This document shows positions 34,189 through 44,231 of a stretch of 59,679 nt of DNA, in pieces. Position 1 is the first letter of the stretch; every line of letters starts with the position of its first letter. The DNA lies in the IMG/VR virus record IMGVR_UViG_3300022542_001175. One strand, given 5' to 3'. This stretch comes from a virus. Made by a program: the position numbers and the translations under genes. The notes below the pieces were generated by a model. That model did not search any database and was not told the origin of the DNA. It worked only from the letters and a program-made list of their open reading frames with translations.

Positions 34189-34571
34189 TTTAAGATCTCC
34201 TTTTTTTTCATAATAACTACAGATAATGTTAGTGAGTATTTTGTGATCAATCTATCACTAGCTGATCCTTTAAAGATATCTATATCAGAAGGAGTCACGT
34301 GATCCTCACTCTTGCTGATATGAAAAGTAAACGTATCTTCTAATCCAGGACTCGCAATTTTCTTTATATGATTTTTCCATTCCTCATGAAGTGTTATGTC
34401 CATCCATGTTTTTGCAGCATCTTTTATTTTAATTTGAAAAGTGATTTCAGTGAACCTGAACAAGCGTTCTTTAATTAACTGATCAGTCATTAGCTCATTG
34501 AAACTCAATCCACTTCCTGAATAAAGAATTCCAAAAGTTTTTTCTATCCATTTGAAAATTTTTAATCTCAT
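34185..34571 (-). CDS. hypothetical tail-module protein (128 aa)
   Basis: Packed ORF with a 4-nt overlap. Confidence 0.5.
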   Translation of the reverse strand: MRLKIFKWIEKTFGILYSGSGLSFNELMTDQLIKERLFRFTEITFQIKIKDAAKTWMDITLHEEWKNHIKKIASPGLEDTFTFHISKSEDHVTPSDIDIFKGSASDRLITKYSLTLSVVIMKKKEILK

Positions 34572-34572
34572 T

Positions 34573-35088
34573 TTATAGTCCTAAAATTTCATTAGCAAAG
34601 ATCTTCCCTGGATCTCCATTTGCAAATTTCTCTGAGATCTCATCACAGCAATAAGCGTACATTTTATCACTGTCTGAAGCTACATTATAATTAGAAGCAA
34701 TAAGCGTCTCATCTCCTAGTATGAGATATTGACGGAGTAGATACTGGAGATCTACAGCTTTGACTCTTAATTTTTTTGCTCTGATATCATACTGGAGATC
34801 CTCCACATAATAATAGCGCTCCACTTCTCCAGATCCATCAGCACTCAATCCATAAGGATCTTGAAATTTAAAGCTCTGATGGATATCAAGTTTTTCCATC
34901 CACCAAAGAGGAAGCACGATATCTGCTGTCCTGTATCCTTCTCCTCTCTTTAGAAGCTCTGATCGAATTAGAGATCTAATCCAAGTAGCGGAGCGTGACC
35001 AGCATATATTCCACATTTTATCTCTCTGCTCTTCTTCCTCTTCTACGATCTTCACGATCTCTTCCTCTAGTATCTTCTCTTGTCTCAT
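34573..35088 (-). CDS. hypothetical tail-module protein (171 aa)
   Basis: Starts inside the acidic/basic tail of the upstream 782-aa ORF. Confidence 0.5.
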   Translation of the reverse strand: MRQEKILEEEIVKIVEEEEEQRDKMWNICWSRSATWIRSLIRSELLKRGEGYRTADIVLPLWWMEKLDIHQSFKFQDPYGLSADGSGEVERYYYVEDLQYDIRAKKLRVKAVDLQYLLRQYLILGDETLIASNYNVASDSDKMYAYCCDEISEKFANGDPGKIFANEILGL

Positions 35089-37366
35089 CGATCTCTTCTA
35101 TTAGATCTGCTTTCTCATCCTCTTCTCCTGATTTGAATTTATCTGCTGAAGGATAATAATCAGATTCAACTTTCACTCTATTTATAGATTCATCCTGATT
35201 CCATTTTCTATCTGCAGATTCTTGGAGATCCGCTTGATCAAAAATTAATAGATCTGAACTATAATTCGAGATGTCTTTTTTTCCTATTTCTAATCTTCCA
35301 TCAGTAGCTACAAAAGCTTTTGTCTCATAGTCAAATAATAATTGTTTCATTTCAGTGGATGCTCTTTGAGTATTTTGAATAATAAGTCTTCCTGATGTTT
35401 CCTCCGCTATGCTTTCAAAGAGCGCAGCTACTTCATCAAATGAATAGCGCACGATATCTGCGAGTCTTACTTCCATGATTTTAGTTATATAATGAAGCAA
35501 GATATAAGCTGGATTTTCGATATATCCGTTTACAGAATTCCAGTCTTTGAACATACATCCTTTACAATCAAAAGTGATCACTTTATCATCTTGTCCAGCT
35601 AATCTGATATAAGTTCTTCCTCCATGATCATAGAAGACAGTCCATCCTCCTACTACTGAGTAGTCTGAATAGACTGCATCTATGCTCTTTAAAGTTCTGT
35701 ATGAAGCAAGATACACATCAGCACTCACTTGTGCAGCTTCTACTGCTCCTGGATATTTTCCTACTCCTAAGACATTGAGTCCTAGCACTTCGGGCATCGC
35801 AGCTCCTACATAATCATCACTCAAATTAGGATAATCTGCTGTAGTGCAGATCCTCTTAGGAACAGTTTTATTAAAAATCTTCTGAGCTAGATCCTTAAGC
35901 ACAACTTTAAAAGATGTTCCTTTTAGATGATAGTCATCCACTATCATTTTTAATAATGGAATTTTCCAGGATTCAGGCTCATCCATTTGCGCTACAGCTA
36001 TTTCCACTTCTTGATTTTTCAAAACAGGATAGTCATGAAGAGTTATGGAATAATCTTTATTATGATTTGATAGATCCAGCTCCATCGATGTTCCTTTAAA
36101 ATTTCCAGCTTTATCATTTACAGCTCTATTGATACTTGAATAGTTGAGCAGGAATCCACGATAAATTTTATTGCTAGTCCTCACGTCCATTTCAGCGATA
36201 GGCTGTTGGAATAAAGTTCCTTGTCTATTTTTAAAACTCATGTTTATTAGCATCATAGGAGATCTCTTGGATCTGAATCCTTTCTCCACATAGTCATCGT
36301 CTATCAAAAAAGTGAATCTATTTCCTTTATAAATTCTTCCTAAAGGATCAGTCCTCCAGTCTCCAGCATAACCTTCAGGAAAAGCGAGAAGTCCTCCAGC
36401 ATTATACTTTCTTAAATATAATTCATAAGTTCCTTTTGCTAAAGTTGGAAATCTAGCTGATGGAATAATAATTTCAGTATTAGTGACTGTGAAATCTGCA
36501 GGAGAAGCAGTCCTCCTCAATGTAGTAGTTCCTTGTCCTTGCAATCCGATAAAATCTATGTACAGAACATTATCCTCCCAACCGACTGCGTGAGCTCCTG
36601 GATTTGAAGCTCCTCCTTCATCCATTTCTGCATTGCTATTTTTAAATCCTAATCCAGTGAGGATCAGCTCTTTATTTCCTGTTGTCTTAGCATATTTAAC
36701 AGAAAGACTGTTCACTATAGGATTGAGATAAAAGACTCTCAAGCTGCTCGGTTCACAAGATAAATAGACTCTTTCTGATGGAGTAGATAATCCAGGATTA
36801 AAATTTGATAAATAACCACAAAGTCCTAATCTGAAAAGTTCTTCTTGATATTTATTGACAAAGCATCCTACTCCAGCTCGATATGCTTCCATAATCAAAG
36901 GATAAAGTTTAGGAAGATCTGCCATTTGAATATCACCAAAACCTGGATTTCCTATCATATAAGGAGGATTTCTATCCCAGAGATTAGTTCCATCATAATG
37001 TCTTCCAGTGACTTTATATTTGTGCCAAACTTTAGGAGATGAAGGATCATTCAATATGCCATAAATTAAATCACAATCGTCCAATGCAGGAGAACATGTA
37101 TCTAATGTCTTTGCTAATATAAGATCTAAATGAGCTTTCACTGTCACGTCTAATCCATCCACTAATTCAAAATCCTTTTCTTTAGGAATGAAGACAGGTC
37201 TGAATTGAGTTCTCACATTGGTTGATAAATACCCATATCCTAATTTGCAATATCTATAATGAGTAGTTGTCCAATCTGAAGGATCTGCGAAAGTTCCTGG
37301 AGGAGTAGGAGCGATTCCTTCTATATTCGCTGAATGGAAAAGTATAAATTCTTTAAATGGAATCAT
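35018..37366 (-). CDS. tail-associated (Tal-like) baseplate/tip protein candidate (782 aa)
   Basis: Large ORF two genes after the tape measure gene, the usual Tal position in siphoviruses. Call is by synteny only. Confidence 0.5.
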   Translation of the reverse strand: MIPFKEFILFHSANIEGIAPTPPGTFADPSDWTTTHYRYCKLGYGYLSTNVRTQFRPVFIPKEKDFELVDGLDVTVKAHLDLILAKTLDTCSPALDDCDLIYGILNDPSSPKVWHKYKVTGRHYDGTNLWDRNPPYMIGNPGFGDIQMADLPKLYPLIMEAYRAGVGCFVNKYQEELFRLGLCGYLSNFNPGLSTPSERVYLSCEPSSLRVFYLNPIVNSLSVKYAKTTGNKELILTGLGFKNSNAEMDEGGASNPGAHAVGWEDNVLYIDFIGLQGQGTTTLRRTASPADFTVTNTEIIIPSARFPTLAKGTYELYLRKYNAGGLLAFPEGYAGDWRTDPLGRIYKGNRFTFLIDDDYVEKGFRSKRSPMMLINMSFKNRQGTLFQQPIAEMDVRTSNKIYRGFLLNYSSINRAVNDKAGNFKGTSMELDLSNHNKDYSITLHDYPVLKNQEVEIAVAQMDEPESWKIPLLKMIVDDYHLKGTSFKVVLKDLAQKIFNKTVPKRICTTADYPNLSDDYVGAAMPEVLGLNVLGVGKYPGAVEAAQVSADVYLASYRTLKSIDAVYSDYSVVGGWTVFYDHGGRTYIRLAGQDDKVITFDCKGCMFKDWNSVNGYIENPAYILLHYITKIMEVRLADIVRYSFDEVAALFESIAEETSGRLIIQNTQRASTEMKQLLFDYETKAFVATDGRLEIGKKDISNYSSDLLIFDQADLQESADRKWNQDESINRVKVESDYYPSADKFKSGEEDEKADLIEEIDETREDTRGRDREDRRRGRRAER

Positions 37367-37367
37367 T

Positions 37368-38168
37368 TTAGCTCAACATAGATAATCCTTTAGTTAGTTC
37401 TTTTAGTGTGAGACTCCAATCCAGGATATCTTTTGGAGAATGATAAACTCTGTCCGCTAGGAAATCTCTTCCTTCAACTTTAACATAATAACAGTGACAG
37501 TATGTATCATCAGGAATGAAAAGGAATCTTCCTGCAGCTCCTTTTATAGTAGAGAGAAAAGTCCTTATCTCATCGATCTGTCCTCTAGTAGTTTCTTTTC
37601 TCGGACTCAACATAAATCTTAAACATTCTGAAAGATAAGCATCATGATCCTGATCATAATGAGTAGGAGTGCTTGCTACATTGATCCTCAAAGACTCGCT
37701 ATCCTTCATGATATGAAAGAGCGAGAAGCTGCTCCATGTATAGAGTATGAACTCTCCTACTTCTGTGTTGAAATCATTAGTTGCATCATCGATGTCCAGA
37801 ACCCAGTATTGATAAGTTTCATCAATTTTTTTATATAGATTATTTACTCCAGTGCAAAGACTGAGATCCGCAGAGTAATCAGGATTATCCCAGTCTCCTC
37901 CAGCCGGAGGATCTGCAGCAGCAGCTTTGATCTTCAGTAAAGTAGGAGCTAGGAAATTATGATTCACAACTGCAACTGCAGTGATATTCAATGGAGAGAG
38001 TAGATCTATTTTAATTTGATTTCCAGTCTTAGCATTGAATCTGAAAGGAATTGAAGGAAGCTGATTATAAAGATTTTCTTTATTAAAATATCCACTTGGA
38101 TCTACGCTAGTCACAGATTTTACTGTGTCCACATTTACTCTATTTCCAGGAACATAGATCAGACCCAT
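37368..38168 (-). CDS. distal tail protein (Dit) candidate (266 aa)
   Basis: Immediately follows the tape measure gene. Call is by synteny only. Confidence 0.45.
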   Translation of the reverse strand: MGLIYVPGNRVNVDTVKSVTSVDPSGYFNKENLYNQLPSIPFRFNAKTGNQIKIDLLSPLNITAVAVVNHNFLAPTLLKIKAAAADPPAGGDWDNPDYSADLSLCTGVNNLYKKIDETYQYWVLDIDDATNDFNTEVGEFILYTWSSFSLFHIMKDSESLRINVASTPTHYDQDHDAYLSECLRFMLSPRKETTRGQIDEIRTFLSTIKGAAGRFLFIPDDTYCHCYYVKVEGRDFLADRVYHSPKDILDWSLTLKELTKGLSMLS

Positions 38169-38169
38169 T

Positions 38170-40971
38170 TTAAAGTCTCCTTTTTAGAGCATTATTCATT
38201 TTAGTATTCGCTTCATTGACATTCAATTTTATGCTTTCTACGATCTTAGGAATGATCACATTCTCGGTTATTTCTGCTACTCCTGCAGCATCCAGCGCTC
38301 TAATATCGAATATGTTCTTTATATCAAAAATTGTCTGTCCTCCTCCTCCAAATCCTTTCTTAATATCCTTCCAGGGAATCACTCCTTCAGTTCCTGCTTC
38401 TCCTATCACTGCTAGAGTCGGTTTCGTCACCACAGCTCCTTCAGCGAGCTTTATCGCTCCAAAGAGCGCAGATACTCCAGCAATCGCAGCTCCTACTAAA
38501 GCGAGATTCAGAGGAAAAGGAATTGAAGTCATGACTGAAGCAATTATTCCAGCTATAGCTTCAGCTTGCTTTGCCAGGATATTTTTCATCGCTGAAGTAA
38601 GTATTCCAGTGACAAGATCTTTGAGTGCTCCTATAGCGGATTTTGTGAATCCTTTGAAAGCTTCTGCTAATCCAGTGAGGATGCTTCCTCCTTCTTCACC
38701 CCATTTTTCAAAAGCGTCCATGATTCCGTAGATTCCATCCTGCACTACATTGGACATCGCATTGAACGTAGCTCTTGTGAGCTCATCCATAGAAGCTAAA
38801 GTCTCCTGAAATTTTTCAGCTTCTGTTTTAAAAGATTCCGATATTGCTACGAAATTCGCTGGAACTTCCTCTCCTAATCTTCCATATAATTCTATTATCT
38901 GATCAATTATCTTTTCCTGTTCTTGTGGATCGATATGTTCTTTCAATGAATCCCAGTTCTTTTCCAGCTTCGTAAGTTCTACTCCGAGCTGCTCTCTAGT
39001 TTTTACTCCAGCTTCCTCTGCTGCTTCTCCTAGCTGTTTCAAATAGAGAATTCCTTCCATTAATTGAGGAGTAAACATTCCTCCGATGAGTCCGCTAGCT
39101 TTTCCTATTTCTTTAGTGGATTCTTTTGTTTTTTCAGTGAGTGAAGAGAGCTCTTTATTTGTTTTTTTAACAGCTTCAGTATAAGTCTGAAGTGAGATCT
39201 TCTTATCATCCAAAGCTTTCTTCAAGCTTATAAGATGTTTTTCGAGCGCTGCGATTCTATCCTGCTTTTCTTCTATTGTTTTTAATCCGATTTTGTGAAG
39301 ATAATCAATCCATTCCATAGTAGCATCGCTAGTAACTTCGATTCCTTTTTTATATTTATCAAGCTGATCAGTGAGTCCTTTAAAAGAATCTTTTCCCTTA
39401 TCAGCAGCAGCTCTCTGTTTATCAATTTCTTCTTTATGTTTTTTGCTAACTGTAGCTAAAGCTTTCTGGAGCTCCACTCCTTCTTTTCCTTTATAGATCG
39501 CCATCGTCATAGCGACTATATTTCCTTTGTATTTATTAGTAAGTTTTCCAAATTCTTCTCCAGTCATACCAGCTTCATTCTTCATGTCGATGAGTTTCTG
39601 TTTCAATGATTTTTGAGCTTCGATCAAGCGTGCTTCAGCTTTCTCCACTTCATTTACAGCGCTTTTATATTTAGTCCAGAGGACAATTCCTCCTATGATT
39701 GCAACTGCAATAATTCCGATAGCTGCAGTCACAAGAGTAAATGCTCCAGCGAGAATAGTTAATCCAGTAATCAATGCTGGAAGAGCAGAAATCAACATTC
39801 CTACGATCATCAGGATCGGACCCAAAGCTGCGAGTAAAGCTGCAAAAGCTATGATTGCAATCTTCAATCCTTTAGGAAGTTTTCCTATCCATTCGACTAA
39901 AGGAATAATTACTTTATCGATGAATCCTTTGATGATAGGCATCAGGATTTTAGAGATCTGAATCGCTACTTCTGTGAGAGCTGATGTCAAAAGTTTAAAG
40001 CTTCCTTTGAGAGTATTGATCTGCATTTCAGCCATCTCGCTAGCTGCAGCAGTTCCTGTAATAGTATCTTGATATTCGAGCAGCTTATCAGCTCCAGCTC
40101 CGAGCAGAGAAACCATAGCTGGACCCGCACGCTGTCCAAATATTTTAAAAATATCTCCTGTAGTCGCTCCACTCTTTCCTAATGTAGCTACGATTTCAGC
40201 TAGACTGTGAGTCTCAGGATTGAGATCCTCCATTGAAATTCCGAGTCCTTCAACAGATTTTGTAGTGGAAGCATTTGCTTCAGCGAGTCTCCCCATAATT
40301 CCTTTAAGAGCAGTTCCAGCCATTGAAGCATCGAGTCCTGCATTGTACATGACCATGAGAGCTGCTCCTGTCTCCTCCACTCCTTTTCCTAAGCTCTTCA
40401 TAACTGGACCCGCATAAGCCATCGATGTAGAGAGTTTCTCCATAGTAGCTTGAGAATTCCTTATAGCTGAAGCAAAGACATTCGAGACTTTTTCAGCACT
40501 ATCAGAAGAGAGTCCAAATTGATTCAGAGCTGATACGACTGTATTCGTAGTGAAAGCTAGATCCGATTGAGTAGCTGCTGCAAGATCCAGTGTTGGTTTA
40601 AGAGCTTTCGACATATCATTAGCTTTCCATCCTGCAGATGCCATGTAATACATAGCATCAGCAGCTTCCTTAGCGGAGAAGACAGTCGTTGCGCCCATCT
40701 TGCGTGCAGTCTCCTCCATCTGCTTGATTTCGACTGCTGTAGCTCCTGAGACGGAAGCAGCGTTCATCATCGCTTGCTCAAAATCCGCTCCAACTTTGAC
40801 AGCAATAGCTCCCATTATAGCGAGTGGAGCAGTCAATCTAGTAGATAGAGTCTTTCCTACATTCTTGAATCCAGCTCCAGCTTTTTTCATGGATTGTCCT
40901 ACTCGCTTCAGACTTGCATCCACTTCAGAGATATCCGCTCCGATTCTTACTAAGAGTGATTTTATGATCAT
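38170..40971 (-). CDS. tail tape measure protein (TP901-family core)
   Basis: 933 aa. N-terminal MMNAASVSGATAVEIKQMEETARKMGATTVFSAKEAADAMYYMASAGW is the TP901-type TMP core. There are central TM-like helices and long coiled coils. Confidence 0.9.
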   Translation of the reverse strand: MIIKSLLVRIGADISEVDASLKRVGQSMKKAGAGFKNVGKTLSTRLTAPLAIMGAIAVKVGADFEQAMMNAASVSGATAVEIKQMEETARKMGATTVFSAKEAADAMYYMASAGWKANDMSKALKPTLDLAAATQSDLAFTTNTVVSALNQFGLSSDSAEKVSNVFASAIRNSQATMEKLSTSMAYAGPVMKSLGKGVEETGAALMVMYNAGLDASMAGTALKGIMGRLAEANASTTKSVEGLGISMEDLNPETHSLAEIVATLGKSGATTGDIFKIFGQRAGPAMVSLLGAGADKLLEYQDTITGTAAASEMAEMQINTLKGSFKLLTSALTEVAIQISKILMPIIKGFIDKVIIPLVEWIGKLPKGLKIAIIAFAALLAALGPILMIVGMLISALPALITGLTILAGAFTLVTAAIGIIAVAIIGGIVLWTKYKSAVNEVEKAEARLIEAQKSLKQKLIDMKNEAGMTGEEFGKLTNKYKGNIVAMTMAIYKGKEGVELQKALATVSKKHKEEIDKQRAAADKGKDSFKGLTDQLDKYKKGIEVTSDATMEWIDYLHKIGLKTIEEKQDRIAALEKHLISLKKALDDKKISLQTYTEAVKKTNKELSSLTEKTKESTKEIGKASGLIGGMFTPQLMEGILYLKQLGEAAEEAGVKTREQLGVELTKLEKNWDSLKEHIDPQEQEKIIDQIIELYGRLGEEVPANFVAISESFKTEAEKFQETLASMDELTRATFNAMSNVVQDGIYGIMDAFEKWGEEGGSILTGLAEAFKGFTKSAIGALKDLVTGILTSAMKNILAKQAEAIAGIIASVMTSIPFPLNLALVGAAIAGVSALFGAIKLAEGAVVTKPTLAVIGEAGTEGVIPWKDIKKGFGGGGQTIFDIKNIFDIRALDAAGVAEITENVIIPKIVESIKLNVNEANTKMNNALKRRL

Positions 40972-41384
40972 GCTTTAATCTCTTTTTTTATATCCTTTGA
41001 AGCTGTCTCCAATTCTTTCTGCTGATCAGCAAAAAGTTTTTTATGTAAATGCTCATGCTTCTTTTTCATAGCCTCATATCCTTTCCTGTCTTCCTTGCTT
41101 TTTTCTGCACTCACAACTTTTATTCCTAGAAGCTGACTTGGAGAGATCCTGCGTTTCAGACTTCCTAATCCTAGTCCGCATACATTGACGATCCATGCAG
41201 TGAGGAGAGCTGCTCTATGCCAGTGTTCCTCATCTTTCAGTTGATATCCTTTGAGCATCTCATAATATTCAAGCGGAGTTAGATTCCAGAAATCCTCTTC
41301 ATTTCTTATTCCTAGAAATCCGTATGCTATTTCTCTTGCTTCACTCCAATTCCACTCGATTTGTTCAGCTCCAAAGCCTTTTTT
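40968..41384 (-). CDS. tail assembly chaperone, -1 frame extension (T part of G-T fusion)
   Basis: The -1 frame is open from the slippery site to 40968. The extension contains DFWNLTPLEYYEMLKGY. The ORF-track ATG at 41258 is internal. Confidence 0.65.
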   Translation of the reverse strand, partial: KKGFGAEQIEWNWSEAREIAYGFLGIRNEEDFWNLTPLEYYEMLKGYQLKDEEHWHRAALLTAWIVNVCGLGLGSLKRRISPSQLLGIKVVSAEKSKEDRKGYEAMKKKHEHLHKKLFADQQKELETASKDIKKEIKA

Positions 41385-41737
41385 TTTAGAGCTTCGAGTT
41401 CAGGAGTGGAGATTCCAAATCCTTTTGCAAACAAAGCAATCACATCCATAAATGAATAATCAGAAGCATCGAGCATTGCATAGACTTGTTCATGAGTAAG
41501 ATCTTTTTCTTCATGGATCAGCCCCGCCCAAATGAGAGTTATGATGTCATCAACTTTTAATTTTGAAGTGTCACTAAAGACTGTATCCAGTTGACCAAAA
41601 GGAACATCAAATTTTTCTTCAAGGAGTTTGATAGCTCTGAATCTATATTTCAGAGTTCGCTCCTTGTCCAAATTCATTTTGATTTCAAGAGGTTTTACTT
41701 CCTCTTTTTTCTTTTCTTTTAAACTTTCATTTTGCAT
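41327..41737 (-). CDS. tail assembly chaperone (G-like)
   Basis: Lies between the major tail protein and tape measure genes and carries the slippery site near its 3' end. Confidence 0.65.
   Translation of the reverse strand: MQNESLKEKKKEEVKPLEIKMNLDKERTLKYRFRAIKLLEEKFDVPFGQLDTVFSDTSKLKVDDIITLIWAGLIHEEKDLTHEQVYAMLDASDYSFMDVIALFAKGFGISTPELEALKKKALELNKSSGIGVKQEK
41378..41384 (-). other. programmed -1 ribosomal frameshift heptamer A AAA AAG
   Basis: Minus-strand CTA AAA AAA AAG GCT is in the zero frame of 41327..41737, 51 nt before its stop. It sits in the canonical position upstream of the tape measure gene. Confidence 0.7.
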
Positions 41738-41796
41738 TTATTTCTCCTCCAGAAAGTTAGAAGTAATCAGCTCCATCCTCTCTGTATTTAAATAGA

Positions 41797-42183
41797 CTAA
41801 GGTTTAGCTAAAGCGCCAGATCCTTGAAGAGTTCCTGTAGCTGTGGACTCTGCAGAATAGGGACCCGTAAAAGAAAATGCTGTGAGAAAACAAGTTCCAG
41901 TATAAGTGACTGCTGCTGGAGTAGTGACGATGATCGCTAAAGATGTATGATTTATCCAAGCAGATTCCAAATTCTCTTCAGCATTATCATCTTCCAAAAA
42001 TAGTCCGTCAAAGTCTATTGTCCAGCCTCTGAGTCCAGCAAGATATTCATACCAATTAGCAGAGTCACGTGATGTTTTGTCTATTGTCTCCATGCTCCAA
42101 TTCATAGTCACGTTTCGTTGTCCTCCGAGAATCTGACCACCGATTGAAAGAGTGAAGTTTATGCCTGATACAGCAGGGCTCAT
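41797..42183 (-). CDS. major tail protein (TP901-1/phi13-type)
   Basis: 128 aa. ...NWSMETIDKTSRDS..W..YL.G.RGWTIDFDGL... follows the TP901-1-family pattern. Position supports the call. Confidence 0.7.
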   Translation of the reverse strand: MSPAVSGINFTLSIGGQILGGQRNVTMNWSMETIDKTSRDSANWYEYLAGLRGWTIDFDGLFLEDDNAEENLESAWINHTSLAIIVTTPAAVTYTGTCFLTAFSFTGPYSAESTATGTLQGSGALAKP

Positions 42184-42218
42184 TTTTGCCTCCTATTAAA
42201 AATTTAATTTTTGATCTT

Positions 42219-42554
42219 CTAGACTGGAAGCCTTATCGCAGCGACTGTAATAGTAGTCACATTGTCATACGTGATCTTGACTTTTCCATTTCCATCATTG
42301 AATCTGCTTTTAGGAAAGGGTCCAATCATCCTGTATTCAGTTGCTGGAACTGTCACTACAACATTATGATCGACTCCATGCTCGCAAAGTTCAACTGAAT
42401 CGATAGTAGCGATTGCTTGTGTAGCTCCTGCAAAAAGATAAAGGAATATTCTTCCATCATTCGTAAAATAATCAGGATCAGTGCATCCAACTAGAGTAGG
42501 TTCGAGTCCTGCAGTTAGTCCTGCAATAATGTCTTGTACTGATAAATCAGCCAT
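42219..42554 (-). CDS. hypothetical tail-module protein (111 aa)
   Basis: Packed ORF between the tail-completion and major tail genes. Confidence 0.5.
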   Translation of the reverse strand: MADLSVQDIIAGLTAGLEPTLVGCTDPDYFTNDGRIFLYLFAGATQAIATIDSVELCEHGVDHNVVVTVPATEYRMIGPFPKSRFNDGNGKVKITYDNVTTITVAAIRLPV

Positions 42555-42568
42555 TTTTACCTCCTATT

Positions 42569-43012
42569 TTAGATTTTTTGTATTAAATAATTTAATTCTA
42601 TAACGCCATGATATGAGATTCCGTCTTCAGCTTCTTCCTCCAGGATTCTCTTTCCTGCAAGTTTCTGGAGGATCGCTTTGAATCCATGAGCAGAAAGATC
42701 CAGGAGTCCTAATACAGTGTCCGTCATAGCTAATAGAGCTGCGTTCAAAATTTCATTACATTCCTTTTTTCCTGATTTGAATTTATTGTCACAGAAGACT
42801 TCAATCATGTGAGTTAGATCCTCTCCTGAGATATCTCTAGCTCCAAAATCATCAGAAAAGGAAAGTCCTACTTTCACATAAGGACATCCTTGATCTTCAG
42901 GAACTTCATCAAAGATACTATCCTTCCACGTATCCATAGCTGAATGAGCTTTCAATCTGTCATAAGTTTCTTTATGGACAGCCCAAAAAGCGCTTCCTAT
43001 TTGCGGTCTCAT
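42569..43012 (-). CDS. tail completion/terminator protein candidate (147 aa)
   Basis: Call rests on position upstream of the major tail gene, plus size. Confidence 0.4.
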   Translation of the reverse strand: MRPQIGSAFWAVHKETYDRLKAHSAMDTWKDSIFDEVPEDQGCPYVKVGLSFSDDFGARDISGEDLTHMIEVFCDNKFKSGKKECNEILNAALLAMTDTVLGLLDLSAHGFKAILQKLAGKRILEEEAEDGISYHGVIELNYLIQKI

Positions 43013-43806
43013 TGAATCTCCTTCAATTTTTCTTCTCTTGATTTTCTCGCTCGATTCTCCATCTGTCTAAGAAAGCTTTCAGATCCATCTATAGTTCTAT
43101 CTCTTCCTTTCTTATTCCAGTCTCTTCTCATCGATCCTAAAGATTTTCCTTCAGAAACATGAAGAGATTTTCTTATCTTTTTGTCTTCCTTCAAAGACTC
43201 TGCAAAATCTGAAGGAATGAAATCATATCTTATGTCAAAATGCTGGAAGAGCAGCTTCCATGTTTCAGGATTGTTTAGATCTTCAAATTCCAGATCAAAA
43301 GTTTTTGCGAATTTAGGTTTATAGAGCAGAAAGCGCTCTCTCACTTCTGTCCATTGCCATAGCACGATCTCATTGAAGCTCATTCCTTTAGTACATCGAG
43401 AAAGATTTTTACTCCAGTGAGGTTGTAAAAACCAACTTAGATCTAAATTCTGATCATAACTCAGAAGAACGTCCACAGGATTTCTATGCAAATAAATCAC
43501 ATAAATTGGCTGGAGCTCTTTCTTATAAGTCACTAGATGGACATAGCTTTTTATAAACATCTGATTAGCTTCCATGTAGTTTCCATCTTCACTATCTCTT
43601 AGAATTTGTGCTAGCTTTTCTTTCAGGATCTCTCTAGTCATTTTTGTTATTCCAGCTATATTGTTTATCTCTCTGCACACTTGTCCTTCACAGCAAGGAC
43701 TCTGTTCATGGAAAGCTGGATAATCTGTGAATCTTTTAAAAACTTCTGTACAGAATCTAGCTCCAGAATTATCTATCGTAGCTATGAATATTCTTGCCAT
43801 GATCAT
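43009..43806 (-). CDS. sulfotransferase-fold protein (putative), inserted in the head-tail joining block
   Basis: YLHRNPVDVLLSY matches the sulfotransferase 3'-phosphate-binding motif (R.P.D...S.Y). The N-terminal IATIDNSGARF sits where the 5'-PSB loop would be. Confidence 0.45.
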   Translation of the reverse strand: MIMARIFIATIDNSGARFCTEVFKRFTDYPAFHEQSPCCEGQVCREINNIAGITKMTREILKEKLAQILRDSEDGNYMEANQMFIKSYVHLVTYKKELQPIYVIYLHRNPVDVLLSYDQNLDLSWFLQPHWSKNLSRCTKGMSFNEIVLWQWTEVRERFLLYKPKFAKTFDLEFEDLNNPETWKLLFQHFDIRYDFIPSDFAESLKEDKKIRKSLHVSEGKSLGSMRRDWNKKGRDRTIDGSESFLRQMENRARKSREEKLKEIQ

Positions 43807-44231
43807 CCTCTAGGAAAAGCTCCTTTGAGCAGCATCGTTAAAGCTCGATAATATACAGGTTCGTATCTTTTATATGCTGGAGTGAGAAATGGTTTAGCAG
43901 CTACTCTAGCAGCTTTTAATCTCCTTCTTATAGCATGGACATAGCGTCCTGGCGTTTGTCTGTGACCGAACTCCACAGGAGGAGCATAACTAACATTTGT
44001 TCCTGCTTCGCTGTAGCAGCGAGTTTCATAGAATTCTGATGTCATGGATCTCCTCAAAGTTCCTGTCACTACGCTTCTATTCGCTGTGAGATTTTTCTTT
44101 GACTGATCAGCGATCTTTACTCCAGTTCCTTTAGTTAAAACTCCCACATCTTTTCTGATTTTTCCCTTCAAGCGCTTTAGATCTACTTGGAATTCTTTCT
44201 CTCCTATTAATTTTATTGTGATCTTTGCCAT
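43803..44231 (-). CDS. HK97 gp10-family tail-completion protein
   Basis: VVTGTLRRSM ... GTNVSYAPPVEFGH matches the gp10-family signature (tG.Lr.si ... Ya..vEfG). Confidence 0.75.
   Translation of the reverse strand: MAKITIKLIGEKEFQVDLKRLKGKIRKDVGVLTKGTGVKIADQSKKNLTANRSVVTGTLRRSMTSEFYETRCYSEAGTNVSYAPPVEFGHRQTPGRYVHAIRRRLKAARVAAKPFLTPAYKRYEPVYYRALTMLLKGAFPRG

Noticed and set aside
38216-40978. Plus-strand ORFs inside the tape measure gene (38216..38731, 39695..39961, 40220..40417, 40567..40749, 40700..40978) and the minus alternative-frame ORF 39987..40172.
   Set aside because: These are shadows of a long Ala/Gly/Ile-rich gene with an unmistakable TP901-type TMP sequence in the main frame.
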